A stretch of DNA of 64,000 nt from a bacterium (GCA_963693055.1 OY843751.1:2944001-3008000), one strand, 5' to 3'. Shown: positions 46,683 to 57,705, counted from the first letter of the stretch. Made by a program: numbers and translations. The notes: generated by a model not told the origin, from the sequence alone.

Positions 46683-47624
46683 CTATTTGAAATTTAATAT
46701 TACTTTTAAAGAGCTTTGCAAGGATAATTCAAACGCCTTGTCAAAGTCATTATAATGAAATTCTTTTTCAATTAAATCGTCTATAATAAATGAATTATTT
46801 TCTATGAGACGAAGAGCAGGTTCAAATCTGCCACACCTAGATCCTACGATACTAATTTCATCCACAACAAACTGAGACATATTGATTGCGATATCACTTG
46901 CATAGGTACTTTTTAAAACAATAGTGCCTCTGGGCATAATTATTTTTTTAGCAAACACCAAACCTTCCGGACTGCCAGAGGCTTCTACAACTATATCAAA
47001 CTTTTTATCGGTATCACGCTTTCCGATTTGTGCACCAAGCTTTTCAGCAATAGCAAGTTTTTTTTCATGTTTACCGAACACTGTACATTCGGCACCTGTT
47101 AATTGAATTGCCTGTAAAATTAACAATGCCAATTTACCATCTCCTACAATTGCAATTTTATCACAAGGCTGAACATGAACCTGTTCTAAAATTTCTATAG
47201 CAGCTGCAATAGGTTCGGTAAAAACTGCTTGGATATCTGATACGGAATCTGGTACTAAAAATAAATTCTTGTCAGGCAAAACCAGGTATTCAGCAAAAGC
47301 ACCCTGATGATTATAAATACCCAAGACAGATCGATTAAAACAATGTCTTTCGAGACCTGATTGGCACAACGCACAATCACCACACCCTACATTGATTTCA
47401 CCAACAACACGTTTACCAACCAAAGTTGAATCAAGTGACTGCTCAACAACTCCTACAAATTCATGCCCCATCACACCCGAGTAGTCCATATACCCTCTTG
47501 TAATTTCAATATCTGTATTGCATATACCAGCTTTTGAAATTCTTATCAGGGATTCGCCTCTCGTTGCAACAGGCTTGTCTACTTCAACAAGCATTACTGA
47601 ATTATCAAACGCAATTACTTTCAT
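46683..47624 (-). CDS. Zinc-dependent alcohol dehydrogenase (MDR family)
   Basis: GICNTD, GHEFVG, CGDCALC..C structural Zn site, GDGKLA, GSRCG. Confidence 0.9.
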   Translation of the reverse strand: MKVIAFDNSVMLVEVDKPVATRGESLIRISKAGICNTDIEITRGYMDYSGVMGHEFVGVVEQSLDSTLVGKRVVGEINVGCGDCALCQSGLERHCFNRSVLGIYNHQGAFAEYLVLPDKNLFLVPDSVSDIQAVFTEPIAAAIEILEQVHVQPCDKIAIVGDGKLALLILQAIQLTGAECTVFGKHEKKLAIAEKLGAQIGKRDTDKKFDIVVEASGSPEGLVFAKKIIMPRGTIVLKSTYASDIAINMSQFVVDEISIVGSRCGRFEPALRLIENNSFIIDDLIEKEFHYNDFDKAFELSLQSSLKVILNFK

Positions 47625-47759
47625 ATCAATAAACAAAAACCTCTCATCTAAACAAACGCTTTAAGCAAATGTCAGTAAACATTAATACATAACAAATTAC
47701 GGAATTTGAAATGTATTGTCAAGAGAAATAATCAAAATCAAGTAGAAAATGAAGAAAAT

Positions 47760-49499
47760 TTATCGAACGAGTGCGATTTTAGCTGGGCCGATTACCGTAG
47801 AACTTTCAATAATAACCAAATACACCCCTGAAACTACCCCTTCCCCATCGCTATTGATGCCTCTCCATTGAAAAATATTTGTACCATCGGGACATTTTTC
47901 TAATTTTGATCGCAATATTTTTTGACCTGATTCATTGTAAATTGAAACATAAACGTCATCACTTTGCTCTTCAAGATTAAAAATTATGTCTGCATACTCG
48001 TGTTTATCCGGCATAAATGGATTAGGCTTAATCTCTACAATCTCATTAACACTTTCAGAAACACTTCCCCGCTCAATCTTCATAGAAAAAGTTTTGGCCT
48101 TATTATTTACAAAAGAAACATCAGGAAAACGGCTATAAATGGGACAAACAATTATTTCTGAAAGTGAACTAATCGTGTCAAGATTCTTGGGTGAATCTCC
48201 ACCTACAACAATCGTTTCATAATTATCGTCATAATTGTTTATTATAATTGAATAGATCCAATTTTCAGGCTCGTCAAAATCGGGAACGATTGAATATTCA
48301 CCACTAGATTTTACTGAAACTTTATAATAATTTGTAGATTGTTGTTCAACTTTGTCTTCCAATTTCAATTCTGAAACAATCTGTTTTTCTTCGGCAAAAT
48401 CTATTTGCGGGTAAAATTCTCCCTCCGGGTAATACGTTGTTGAATCCGCACGATTTCCTGTAAAATAATTCCAGACTGAAAAATCTGCTATTTCCATTTT
48501 AAAGCTGCTGCCATAATCCAGCAACGCAAGATTAATTGCTTCAAAGACTTCATGATCAATAAAATATTCCCAAATAGATTTTACTATATTACGATCATAT
48601 TTTTTTTCCAACATATGATGGAATATCCCCAAACCATATTCATGCGAATATCCCGTCGAATAAAAGGGTTGGTCAAGATTTTGAAACAATGAAGGTACAT
48701 AGTAATAATAATCATTCACATCATCATAAACCACATCTTCCATCCAGGTAGCAGTTGATTCGAACAAAAATATAGCATCTATCTCTGTATTAAAATAACC
48801 ACGATATCCCAAATGGATCATGTGAAAAAATTCATGTGCAGCGGTTACATTAATCGCCCCTACTCCCTGCGTTGGAGTGTGCAAAAAGTCATTATCCATT
48901 TCAATATAACTTGTATAATCATCGCGCTTTGTGCCTGACACGGCATATTCAGGTGTAGTAGCACCATAATCACCAAAATTATAAATATATACATCATACT
49001 GAGGGTCATCAGGATCGTCTATAGGTGGCGGCATATACCCCATCTCATTAACCTCTATATCAAAAGAATGATCAAAGGCTAAAGCTGCGGCTTGAATAAA
49101 CTCGAGCGTTGCAGCATCTTCCCCAACAGTTGTATAATGCAATTTGAATAAACCACTTGGACTGATAAAAGAATCTGTCAAATTTCCATAAGAAGCACGA
49201 GACAAATAAGGTTTCAATATTTCTTTTTCTTCTAAAGAAGCAGTTTGATATTCCTGAAAAGCCTGAAATTTTAAATGAGTGGCATTTCTGGTGATTTCAT
49301 TGGAATATATTTTATATTCTTCCGGTAAATTATCAGGATTATAAATAGCATCAAGCTGTTTAACCAATAATTCTGTTTTTGATATACTTCCTTGCTGATA
49401 CGATTGTATAAGAGCCTGCTCAATTGATTTCGGATTAGAGCTTGCGCTTGCAATTGTAAACGAAAAAAGCACAAAAATAATTGAAACTGTGTATTTCAT
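47760..49499 (-). CDS. Secreted MXAN_6640-like zinc metalloprotease with C-terminal FlgD-Ig domain
   Basis: Signal peptide, F.LHYT, TAAHEFFH, E.TATWMED, PNPF...W.G....G..V.SGVY. Confidence 0.75.
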   Translation of the reverse strand: MKYTVSIIFVLFSFTIASASSNPKSIEQALIQSYQQGSISKTELLVKQLDAIYNPDNLPEEYKIYSNEITRNATHLKFQAFQEYQTASLEEKEILKPYLSRASYGNLTDSFISPSGLFKLHYTTVGEDAATLEFIQAAALAFDHSFDIEVNEMGYMPPPIDDPDDPQYDVYIYNFGDYGATTPEYAVSGTKRDDYTSYIEMDNDFLHTPTQGVGAINVTAAHEFFHMIHLGYRGYFNTEIDAIFLFESTATWMEDVVYDDVNDYYYYVPSLFQNLDQPFYSTGYSHEYGLGIFHHMLEKKYDRNIVKSIWEYFIDHEVFEAINLALLDYGSSFKMEIADFSVWNYFTGNRADSTTYYPEGEFYPQIDFAEEKQIVSELKLEDKVEQQSTNYYKVSVKSSGEYSIVPDFDEPENWIYSIIINNYDDNYETIVVGGDSPKNLDTISSLSEIIVCPIYSRFPDVSFVNNKAKTFSMKIERGSVSESVNEIVEIKPNPFMPDKHEYADIIFNLEEQSDDVYVSIYNESGQKILRSKLEKCPDGTNIFQWRGINSDGEGVVSGVYLVIIESSTVIGPAKIALVR

Positions 49500-49502
49500 A
49501 AT

Positions 49503-50819
49503 CTAATTCTTTTTTCTAAATATCATACGAACAGGAACTCCCAAAAAGCCGTAATTGTTCCGGAGTTGATTTTCCAGATAATTTCGATAGTTTTGTTTTA
49601 TTCCTCTTGGCTCATTTGTAAAAAAGACAAATGTGGGTGGTGAATGTTTTACCTGGGTCAGATAATTAATTTTTACATATTTATCACCAAACGCAGGTGG
49701 GTGATGTTGAGCAATTGCAATTTCAAGAAATTTGTTCAACTCTGCTGTTTGTATTGTACGTTTTCTTTCTTCATATACAGACAAGGCAATATCCAACAAT
49801 TTAAATATACGCTGTTTGGTTAAACATGATACAAACAGTATGGGAATGTATGCCAGATCTCTAAATGTATCCTGCATTTCAACTTCAAAATTACGTGAAG
49901 TCATTGTATCTTTTTCAACCAGATCCCATTTGTTTACGCCAACAACAATACCTTTACCTTCATCAATTGCCTGACGAATAATTTTTTTATCCTGATCAGC
50001 AATTCCCTGCGTAGCATCAATCAAAACCATTGCAATATCACATCGGTGAATAGCGTTATTGGTCCTAACATTACTGAAATACTCTACACTTTCTTTTACT
50101 TTTGTGCGCCTTCTCAAACCAGCTGTATCAATCAATACTAGCGACTTTTTCTGATATTGAAGCTCCGTATCAATTGCATCCCGGGTTGTACCGGCAATAT
50201 CAGTTACAATATGCTTATCATGTCCCAAGATAGCATTCACAAAAGAAGACTTGCCAACATTTGGGCGGCCAATAATGGCCAGTTTTATACGATCATCGAT
50301 ATATTCGCCAGCTTTAATCTTGTGTTCAAATGAATCAAGAACCATGTCTAACAAATCACCAACATAACGCCCACCCATAGCAGAGAGTGCATAGGGCTCT
50401 CCCATTCCAAGTCTGTAAAATTCATGAATATCCATCAGGCGATCATCATTGTCAATCTTGTTTACAACAAGTAATACCGGGATACCACTTTTTTTAAGTA
50501 TATTGGCAATATCCAGATCCAATGCTGTAACGCCAGTCGTTATATCCGTTACAAAAATTATTACATTTGCTTCGCTAATAGCAAGATTAACCTGCTCCCG
50601 AATTGCTGTTTCAAAGATATCATCAGATTCCGGTACATATCCGCCGGTATCTAGCAGTTCAAATTCATAACCTGCCCAATCCGTCAGTGCATAATTACGG
50701 TCACGTGTTACACCCGGCATGTCATCCACAATTGCTTCACGCTTGCGTATAATTCTATTAAACAATGTAGACTTGCCTACATTGGGTCTTCCTAATATTG
50801 CAACAACAGCTCTTTTCAT
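49503..50819 (-). CDS. der: Ribosome biogenesis GTPase Der (EngA)
   Basis: Two GRPNVGKS P-loops, DTGG/DTAG, NKID/NKWD, KH-like C-terminus. Confidence 0.97.
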   Translation of the reverse strand: MKRAVVAILGRPNVGKSTLFNRIIRKREAIVDDMPGVTRDRNYALTDWAGYEFELLDTGGYVPESDDIFETAIREQVNLAISEANVIIFVTDITTGVTALDLDIANILKKSGIPVLLVVNKIDNDDRLMDIHEFYRLGMGEPYALSAMGGRYVGDLLDMVLDSFEHKIKAGEYIDDRIKLAIIGRPNVGKSSFVNAILGHDKHIVTDIAGTTRDAIDTELQYQKKSLVLIDTAGLRRRTKVKESVEYFSNVRTNNAIHRCDIAMVLIDATQGIADQDKKIIRQAIDEGKGIVVGVNKWDLVEKDTMTSRNFEVEMQDTFRDLAYIPILFVSCLTKQRIFKLLDIALSVYEERKRTIQTAELNKFLEIAIAQHHPPAFGDKYVKINYLTQVKHSPPTFVFFTNEPRGIKQNYRNYLENQLRNNYGFLGVPVRMIFRKKN

Positions 50820-50822
50820 ATT

Positions 50823-51578
50823 TTACTTAATTGATTCATCTCGCTCTTGGTTCCATTTTACCCAATCAAGCGCAGTATCAACTTCCTCGTCAATTTTTGA
50901 TTTTGCAAATTTTCCATCGGGCCGAACTGTAACTTGAAAACCTTGTACAATCCTAACCCATTCTTCCAGAGTAACCTCAAACGGAGGTGGTATCTCATAA
51001 GGACCCGGTACCTCTACGGGTTTTAAACTGTGCGTTTGAGGTACATTAGCTACAGGATTCCAATAAGAGTTGGGACCAACATCAACCGCACCCTGGTAAA
51101 CGCTACAAGTCGTAGATTTATCAGAATCAATTCTAAATATTGTCCCGCGCACCGCACAAACTGCTGTTGGTGTTTTAACCTGAAATCCCGCTTTCTTGTT
51201 TGTTTCAGGATTAATATTTAACCAAATTTTACCTTTCAGTAATTCTGATTTTGATTTACTGGTATTTTCTTTTATTGTAATAGATGTAAAAACAAATTCA
51301 GATTGTTCACCAATTCTGACAAGACTATTATCAGTCAAAATTACTTCACAACGAGATTCTTTAGCCGTTTTTATCTTGTCTGTCTCAAATACCATTTGAC
51401 CCATTTGAGCGTCTTGCCACTCATCTGAATCATGTTGAATTTGCACATCGTTACCTTGTCCTATGATAAATGTTATTTCACCAATGCTTTCAGGTTCAGC
51501 AAGTATCAAATTACTGAAAATAATGAAGAATAAAAAAAGGACAATAACTATTCCAATTTTGGACATATATTGTTTCAT
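50823..51578 (-). CDS. FecR domain-containing exported protein
   Basis: Signal peptide, D.IKT..SR.E...D.S.VRIGE.S, VKTPTAVCAVRGT.F. Confidence 0.82.
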   Translation of the reverse strand: MKQYMSKIGIVIVLFLFFIIFSNLILAEPESIGEITFIIGQGNDVQIQHDSDEWQDAQMGQMVFETDKIKTAKESRCEVILTDNSLVRIGEQSEFVFTSITIKENTSKSKSELLKGKIWLNINPETNKKAGFQVKTPTAVCAVRGTIFRIDSDKSTTCSVYQGAVDVGPNSYWNPVANVPQTHSLKPVEVPGPYEIPPPFEVTLEEWVRIVQGFQVTVRPDGKFAKSKIDEEVDTALDWVKWNQERDESIK

Positions 51579-51649
51579 AAAGACCTCATTTTAGGGCAAT
51601 ATGAATTAATTTTAAATTTAGGCATTTATCCGCACAAAAAAAAGCAAAA

Positions 51650-51697
51650 TTAAAATAAAAAAAGGAGAAGGTTTTAGAATAAAAAAGCCTTCTCCTT
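51650..51697 (-). terminator. Hairpin / probable terminator between the csgG-like and fecR-like genes
   Basis: AAGGAGAAGG...CCTTCTCCTT stem followed by a U-rich tract on the minus strand. Confidence 0.6.
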
Positions 51698-51720
51698 CTA
51701 TCATGAATCTTGGAAAAATT

Positions 51721-52635
51721 CTATTCCATTCTAACAATATCATTTCGATCAAAGCCGCTTCCGCTAACAACACTACAAACGGATGCTTTACCATTACCAA
51801 TACCATTATTTGTTACTTTGATAGAACCAATTTTGGTTTCAGTAGAACCTAACGAGATTCCCAAATCAGGATCAATCAATTCTTCACCAGCGCGATATAC
51901 CTGCAACACATCTCCAACCTGTAAACCGGCTTCGGCACCAGCATTGATGTAGATTTGTGCTCCACCTTTAATAACTTTGGCTTGCCAAGGCAGATTTTCA
52001 GCGGCTGCATTACACAATTCTACAATTGAATCAATTGCTTCACGCGTTGCTTTTCCAACAATTGATTCATCAAACTTGTGACGGTTGTCAAAACGAAAAT
52101 CGTCAGTGTTAACTTTTAAACCCTTTTTAGATTTTTCTTTGCGAACCGATTCTGCTGAAACAATCTCACCAGTCGTTGTATTAACAAAACGGACATCAAC
52201 GGCAACAGTTGCGCTTGTGCTTTTAACGCCTAATCCAAATCCTTTCAGGCTGCCACCTGTACTTTGTTCAGCATAACCAAATTCAGTTACTGAACCAAAA
52301 ATGGCAAGCTCAACACCAAGCACTTTGCCTACCTGAGCGGCACTTTCAGGAGTTACAACGCCACTCATACCCATGGATTGTTCTTTTAACAGTTGTTCCA
52401 TTTCCTGACGTTCCATTACAGAAAATTTACCTGTTTTAACCAATTCGGTTACGAGCATATCTGCCATACCTTCGCCAACAGGCTGACCAGTCCACCAGTG
52501 ATAACTATGCCCTGATTTATCTTCAAAACTAAAAACAGCTACTCGTTTTTTCAGTTGAGCAGAATATACTCCACTTACTGAAGACAGTAAAATAACAATT
52601 AATAAAAATAAAATGATAGTAAAACGATTTCTCAT
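51721..52635 (-). CDS. CsgG/HfaB family protein with FlgT-C-like tail
   Basis: KKRVAVFSF, MLVTELVKTGKFSVMER, GSVTEFG, VDVRFVNTTTGEI, IYINAG...G.QVGD. Confidence 0.8.
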   Translation of the reverse strand: MRNRFTIILFLLIVILLSSVSGVYSAQLKKRVAVFSFEDKSGHSYHWWTGQPVGEGMADMLVTELVKTGKFSVMERQEMEQLLKEQSMGMSGVVTPESAAQVGKVLGVELAIFGSVTEFGYAEQSTGGSLKGFGLGVKSTSATVAVDVRFVNTTTGEIVSAESVRKEKSKKGLKVNTDDFRFDNRHKFDESIVGKATREAIDSIVELCNAAAENLPWQAKVIKGGAQIYINAGAEAGLQVGDVLQVYRAGEELIDPDLGISLGSTETKIGSIKVTNNGIGNGKASVCSVVSGSGFDRNDIVRME

Positions 52636-52654
52636 TACCATACCCTTTAATTTT

Positions 52655-53875
52655 TTATTCAATAGTTGCAGGTGTTTGCGCTTGTTCTAAAGAGTGTTTA
52701 ACCACTCGAACTGTAACTTTATTAGCAGTTGCATTTGAGACAGCTAATTTATATTCACCCATATCACGCTGGTCAAGTTCACGTGCCAATTGTTCAGCAT
52801 TGCCAGAAATTTGAATATCATATTCAGCCATCCCTTCAGCAACATTTCTTTGAAATATATTTTTGACACCTCTGGTGGTAAATTGCAAAGCATTCTTGAA
52901 ATTCGATGCTTCTGTAAAATTGTCAACACCGGTTACAATCAATTTCAAAGAATTAAGATCATAAAAACGGCTGCGCCATTTTTCCAAAATTTTTGTTATC
53001 AATTCATCAGACAAGGCTGTTGCGGCTTTTTGGATTGCCATGGTACCACCGGTAACTTCATCAATATGCGGATAAGCAGCATGTTTACTGCCGGTTGCTA
53101 TAATTGTACCCACATCTGCATCTATTACTCTTGCAGTTAGATTTGCCTGGCAGGATTTCATTCCACCCAGATTAATTCCTGTTGCAACTTTTGCAATAGC
53201 TTTGCCTGTAACAACAACTTCTGCATCAAGATTATTTGCAATAGATTTGGCAGCTTTAGCGTCACCATTTATTGCAGCTAAAATTGAATCACGTTCTCTA
53301 TTCTGCCGCACAGTCATGGGATCAACAACATCAAAGCCTTTTTCAATAAATTTATTGATCATGGCCGTTTCAGATGCTGTCATATCAACTTGAAAATAAT
53401 GATATCTGTCAGTAGATTGTCCAATATTCTGCTCATCAATTAACATCATTACTCTGGGATTCCCCATACTGGAAATTAAATTCTGAACAGCAGTTGCATC
53501 GCTGGATAGATTTGCCATATCAACAGTTGCTTGAATTACAACTTCATAAGTATCAGGTGTTTTTTTACTTTCAGATAAAACCTGATAATTTTTTACATAT
53601 CCACGGCTCCAACTGAGAATACGATCTTCAACAACCATATAATTCTCAACTTTGGTTTGCGCGTCAATACATGTACCCAAAGTCTGTTCAACTGCTTTAC
53701 GTAAAGCATCATCAATTGCTCTGTCTCTTGCAGCACCAACGTCGTTATACATAATACCACCTACGCCAATACTCTGCACAGTTTGCATAGGTGAGCCGTT
53801 ATATCCTTGTGCGAAAAGTAAAGATACAGCTAAAAAAATTGAAATAACTGTAATTTTGAAAATATCTTTTTTCAC
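52655..53875 (-). CDS. Flagellar assembly protein T (FlgT) N-terminal domain protein
   Basis: ARDRAIDDALRKAVEQ..G and GYVKNYQVL; GTG start after GGAG. Confidence 0.7.
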   Translation of the reverse strand: MKKDIFKITVISIFLAVSLLFAQGYNGSPMQTVQSIGVGGIMYNDVGAARDRAIDDALRKAVEQTLGTCIDAQTKVENYMVVEDRILSWSRGYVKNYQVLSESKKTPDTYEVVIQATVDMANLSSDATAVQNLISSMGNPRVMMLIDEQNIGQSTDRYHYFQVDMTASETAMINKFIEKGFDVVDPMTVRQNRERDSILAAINGDAKAAKSIANNLDAEVVVTGKAIAKVATGINLGGMKSCQANLTARVIDADVGTIIATGSKHAAYPHIDEVTGGTMAIQKAATALSDELITKILEKWRSRFYDLNSLKLIVTGVDNFTEASNFKNALQFTTRGVKNIFQRNVAEGMAEYDIQISGNAEQLARELDQRDMGEYKLAVSNATANKVTVRVVKHSLEQAQTPATIE

Positions 53876-53923
53876 AGTTAAATCTCCAATAGAAAGTGAA
53901 GGGCGGAAAAATCCGCCCATTTA

Positions 53924-55078
53924 TTAAAAAGTCATACGGAGTGCGTTTTGAAAATCACGGATAATCAATAAAGCATCAGCACCCGAAACTTTGTCGTTCA
54001 TATTGAACGCACCAGTCATCTTGTCTGCACTCATGATACCACGATCAACAGTCAAACAAATTGCATTATAGGCAAAGTGTGAAGGGTTAACATCCGGAAA
54101 TCTGGATTGTGTACCTATATATTTTGTAGCTAGTGACTCATCCCCTGTTGCCATGATCAAAATATCCTGGATCATTCTTGCATAATTGGAACGTGTAACT
54201 TTTTCATCAGGACGGAATGTATGATCAGGATATACATCCATACCTTTAACATCAATAATATCCTGTATCCAATTTTTGGCCCAATGACTATCAATATCAG
54301 TAACTTCTGCCATTTGTGTTGTTTGAAAAGTCTGCATCTGAGTTGGGTCATCCGGAGCTTTAAAGCCGGTATCGTATTGTTTAGGACGTTTTTTGTCGAT
54401 AATTTCTAAAAGTTTCAATTCTTCCATAAATAATACTGCAAGATCTGCTCTATCAATTTCTTTGATCAGGGCAATTTTGGCGCCAACCTTTGTACCAGGT
54501 GCAGCACGAACAATCTTTTGAACAAGCTCCCACTGTTCGTTCGCTTGCTTTGCATATTCACCCTTTTTAGCTACTACATCTTGAAATGCATCTTCAGCAT
54601 CTCTGAATTGATATGCATTCTTTAATGCAATACCTTTATAATAGGTGGGTTTGTCACTTTCGGGATTTATTTCCAAAGCTTTATCAAATTCCTTGATTGC
54701 ATCTTTTAACCAATCGTCTCCTTTATGTTCTGCAACATAAACACGACCCTTAATGACCCGAGCATCCAAAGATTTTTTGTTTTTGTCAATGCCTTTATCT
54801 GCAAAATCATGGGCTTTTTTAAAGTCAGCACGATACGCCCAAACCAGTGCTAAACCTGAATAACCTTCTGCATATTCAGGATCAAGCCCAATAGCTTTAT
54901 TAAACTCTGCTTCAGCATCATTTAAATTGCCACGTTCAAGCTCACGCATTCCCTGATTGTAGTGATTATCAGGAGTATCTAGTACAGATTGAGGTGGAAC
55001 CGGTTTTGGTCCACAGCCTACAGATAAAAGAGTAAATCCAATCAAGATACTGAAAAGTATCAATCCTTTTTTTAACAT
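53924..55078 (-). CDS. TPR and S-layer homology (SLH) lipoprotein
   Basis: Lipobox SVGC, TPRs, DIDSHWA...FRPDEKVTR, FPDVNPSHFA. Confidence 0.8.
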   Translation of the reverse strand: MLKKGLILFSILIGFTLLSVGCGPKPVPPQSVLDTPDNHYNQGMRELERGNLNDAEAEFNKAIGLDPEYAEGYSGLALVWAYRADFKKAHDFADKGIDKNKKSLDARVIKGRVYVAEHKGDDWLKDAIKEFDKALEINPESDKPTYYKGIALKNAYQFRDAEDAFQDVVAKKGEYAKQANEQWELVQKIVRAAPGTKVGAKIALIKEIDRADLAVLFMEELKLLEIIDKKRPKQYDTGFKAPDDPTQMQTFQTTQMAEVTDIDSHWAKNWIQDIIDVKGMDVYPDHTFRPDEKVTRSNYARMIQDILIMATGDESLATKYIGTQSRFPDVNPSHFAYNAICLTVDRGIMSADKMTGAFNMNDKVSGADALLIIRDFQNALRMTF

Positions 55079-55122
55079 TACCAGCTCTCCAAATTTTATC
55101 TCAATAACCGAATAATTGCTAC

Positions 55123-56052
55123 TTAATCCACGATAAACATAACTTTACATTTATCTAAAAAGTTTTGGTTCGCAGCTGCATTTCTTATATTTGCCGCATC
55201 ATTGTTTGATACAACAATATCAGCTTTATTTGCACCCGAAGCACGCAAACCTTTAACAACCATGGGATTATTGGTTACACGATCATTAGTTTTAGCCTGG
55301 TTGACATTTTTATCATAACCAACCATACCAATTTGTACGGCCCAGTCTCGGCTAACATACTTTGAGCCATATACTTCTTCACCAGTTTCATCAACAATTT
55401 TGGGTGCCATTGCAGGACGAACGCCCAAACCTTTTGCATCAATTACCAGACCAGTAAAAACACCACCAGCTGCTTGTCCACTTGTAGAAGCAGGACCTTG
55501 TCCAGGGTTCACAGGAGTAATTAATTTGTAGCCTGCTGGTACAGGTTTGTCAATTGGCCACAATTGTCCGTAACCTCCTTGACCGGCTGCACCAGCGGAA
55601 ACAGGTGTACCGCCCATTTGCTGAGGCAAAACAGCATCCAATAAAGCACCTGTAATAGGCATTTCTACGGTTACTTCAATATCACCTGTAGACATGTACT
55701 TTGTGTCGACTATGGTAAAATTACTTACAACACCCTGTACACGTGTATTGATGACATCATTTTCAACCATAGCATTGCGAATTGTTGTTTCCGAGGAAAG
55801 TGTCATGCCGCGTACAGTTTCGAGAAGATTTCTCAAAGCTACTCGTTTAGCAGCTTCAATAGCTCCTGCTCGCTGTGCAGCTTGTGGCATATTGGGATTA
55901 GGAGCACCAATACCAGTAGATCTAACAACCTGTGATGACCAGTCAACATTTCCCGCATCCCCAATGGGTTGATTAACATATTGAGAAAATGCAGGTCCGG
56001 AAATTAAGAATAACACTGACACAATCAGCATTATTGAATATTTAACTTTCAT
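55123..56052 (-). CDS. LPP20-like exported protein
   Basis: VDWS...STGIG, A.EAAKRVALRNLLE...G, TGLVIDAKGL...PAM.PKI. Confidence 0.7.
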   Translation of the reverse strand: MKVKYSIMLIVSVLFLISGPAFSQYVNQPIGDAGNVDWSSQVVRSTGIGAPNPNMPQAAQRAGAIEAAKRVALRNLLETVRGMTLSSETTIRNAMVENDVINTRVQGVVSNFTIVDTKYMSTGDIEVTVEMPITGALLDAVLPQQMGGTPVSAGAAGQGGYGQLWPIDKPVPAGYKLITPVNPGQGPASTSGQAAGGVFTGLVIDAKGLGVRPAMAPKIVDETGEEVYGSKYVSRDWAVQIGMVGYDKNVNQAKTNDRVTNNPMVVKGLRASGANKADIVVSNNDAANIRNAAANQNFLDKCKVMFIVD

Positions 56053-56217
56053 TAGTACCCTCCTTGATCAAACATAACTTAATTGCTGAGGTCGGTAAAT
56101 ATTACGCATTTAATTAATTGGTGCAGGTGATAATCGTCACAAAAACTTTTTATTTTGAAAATAGTTTGTAGCTGCATAATTAACAATATAATAATCCCAA
56201 GTATTTCATTTCGGAGC

Positions 56218-56246
56218 AAATTAGTCAAGATAGCCTTAATTGTCAA
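56218..56246 (-). promoter_or_regulatory. Putative sigma70 promoter of the LPP20-CsgG cluster
   Basis: TTGACA-17 nt-TAATTT. Confidence 0.5.
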
Positions 56247-56338
56247 GTTATATTTGCATTTATCTTATTTTTTTGTAATTTAGGTTCAGTAATTGGGTTA
56301 TTAATCGATCAATATTCAATATAATTTTGGAGGATTTT

Positions 56339-57601
56339 ATGGCAGATCGTTTGGGTGTTGGTTTTGTAGGCGCAGGATTCAATACCAACTTTCATATTAG
56401 ATCATGGATTGGTGTCCGGGAAGCTGACATATTAGGAATTGCTGATCCCAATCTTGAGCGTGCAAAGTTTTCAGCTGATGAATGTAGACGTTTACGGGTG
56501 GGTGATCCTCAAGTATATTCAGATGTTTCTGAAATGGTACTTGACCCTAAAATTGACGCAATTTTTATTTGTTCTCCTAATTTTACCCGCTTGGATGTAA
56601 TGGAAAAAATAACAGAGGCAGTAAAAAGTGGTAAAGCCACGTTAAAGGGCATTGCTTGTGAAAAGCCGTTGGCCCGTACTGTTGCCGATGCACAAAAAAT
56701 GCTAGATATGGTAAATGAAATTGGTGTATTGCATGGATATCTGGAAAACCAGGTCTTTTCCCCCTCTGTTGTTAGAGGCCGTGATATTATTTGGGCACGT
56801 GGAGCCAAAGTTGCAGGTCGTCCTTATCTTGCCAGATGTGCAGAAGAACATGCAGGACCTCATGAACCCTGGTTTTGGAGTGGTGAAAGACAAGGCGGCG
56901 GTGTGTTAAATGATATGATGTGTCATAGCATTGAAGCTGCCAGATTCCTGCTGACAGATCCGACCAAACCTAAAGATTTTATCAGACCTGTATCAGTAAA
57001 CGCGGAAATTGCTACACTAAAGTGGTCAAGACCAGAATATATTAAAATTTTAAAAGAAATGTCAAATGGCTCTGTAGATTACGCCAAAACACCGGCTGAA
57101 GATTTTGCCCGTGCAAATATCAACTTTGAAGATCAGGATGGCAATATATCTGTTGCAGAGGTTACAACATCCTGGAGTTTTATGGGTCCGGGACTTCGAC
57201 TTTCATTTGAATTAATTGGACCTGAATATTACATGCAGGCTAACTCATTGGAACCCGATCTACATGTCTTCTTTAGTAGAAATGTAAAAGGTGATGAAGG
57301 CGAAGACCTGGTTGAAAAACAATCTGCCGAACAAGGACTCATGCCTGTTGTTTCTTCTGAAGGAATTGTTTACGGTTATACCGATGAAGATCGTTATATG
57401 GCTCAATGTTTTATTGATGGAAAAATGCCGGAAGAAAACTGGAACGATGGATTGTTGGTTACACAGCTGCTTATGACGGCATATAAATCCAGTGAATTGA
57501 GTAAAAAGATTGCATTTGAACCTGAAAAAGTTGTAGATTTTGTTCCCAAGGTTGCGCAGGGAACTTATAAAACAAGTGATGTTTTAAATACAGCCAGTTA
57601 A
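56339..57601 (+). CDS. Gfo/Idh/MocA oxidoreductase
   Basis: VGFVGAG, CEKPLA, GGGVLNDMMCH; GGAGG RBS. Confidence 0.88.
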   Translation: MADRLGVGFVGAGFNTNFHIRSWIGVREADILGIADPNLERAKFSADECRRLRVGDPQVYSDVSEMVLDPKIDAIFICSPNFTRLDVMEKITEAVKSGKATLKGIACEKPLARTVADAQKMLDMVNEIGVLHGYLENQVFSPSVVRGRDIIWARGAKVAGRPYLARCAEEHAGPHEPWFWSGERQGGGVLNDMMCHSIEAARFLLTDPTKPKDFIRPVSVNAEIATLKWSRPEYIKILKEMSNGSVDYAKTPAEDFARANINFEDQDGNISVAEVTTSWSFMGPGLRLSFELIGPEYYMQANSLEPDLHVFFSRNVKGDEGEDLVEKQSAEQGLMPVVSSEGIVYGYTDEDRYMAQCFIDGKMPEENWNDGLLVTQLLMTAYKSSELSKKIAFEPEKVVDFVPKVAQGTYKTSDVLNTAS

Positions 57602-57607
57602 TTAATT

Positions 57608-57643
57608 TTCAGGAACGGGAAAACCTCCCGTTCCTGAAAAAAA
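57608..57643 (+). terminator. Inverted-repeat hairpin / terminator
   Basis: TTCAGGAACGGGA-loop-TCCCGTTCCTGAA immediately after the stop codon. Confidence 0.7.
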
Positions 57644-57655
57644 ACTAAAGTTATA

Positions 57656-57679
57656 GAACTTTTACATAACTTGTCCGTT
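57656..57679 (+). promoter_or_regulatory. Putative ECF autoregulatory promoter
   Basis: GAACTT...CGTT with AAC-N16-CGT spacing, just upstream of the ECF sigma gene. Confidence 0.6.
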
Positions 57680-57705
57680 GTTTTAATTGAAGAGCAAAAG
57701 CGCGA

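Noticed and set aside
51721-53875. Curli secretion or flagellar operon
   Set aside because: No csgA/B/E/F and no core flagellar genes are nearby; only the domain families are shared.
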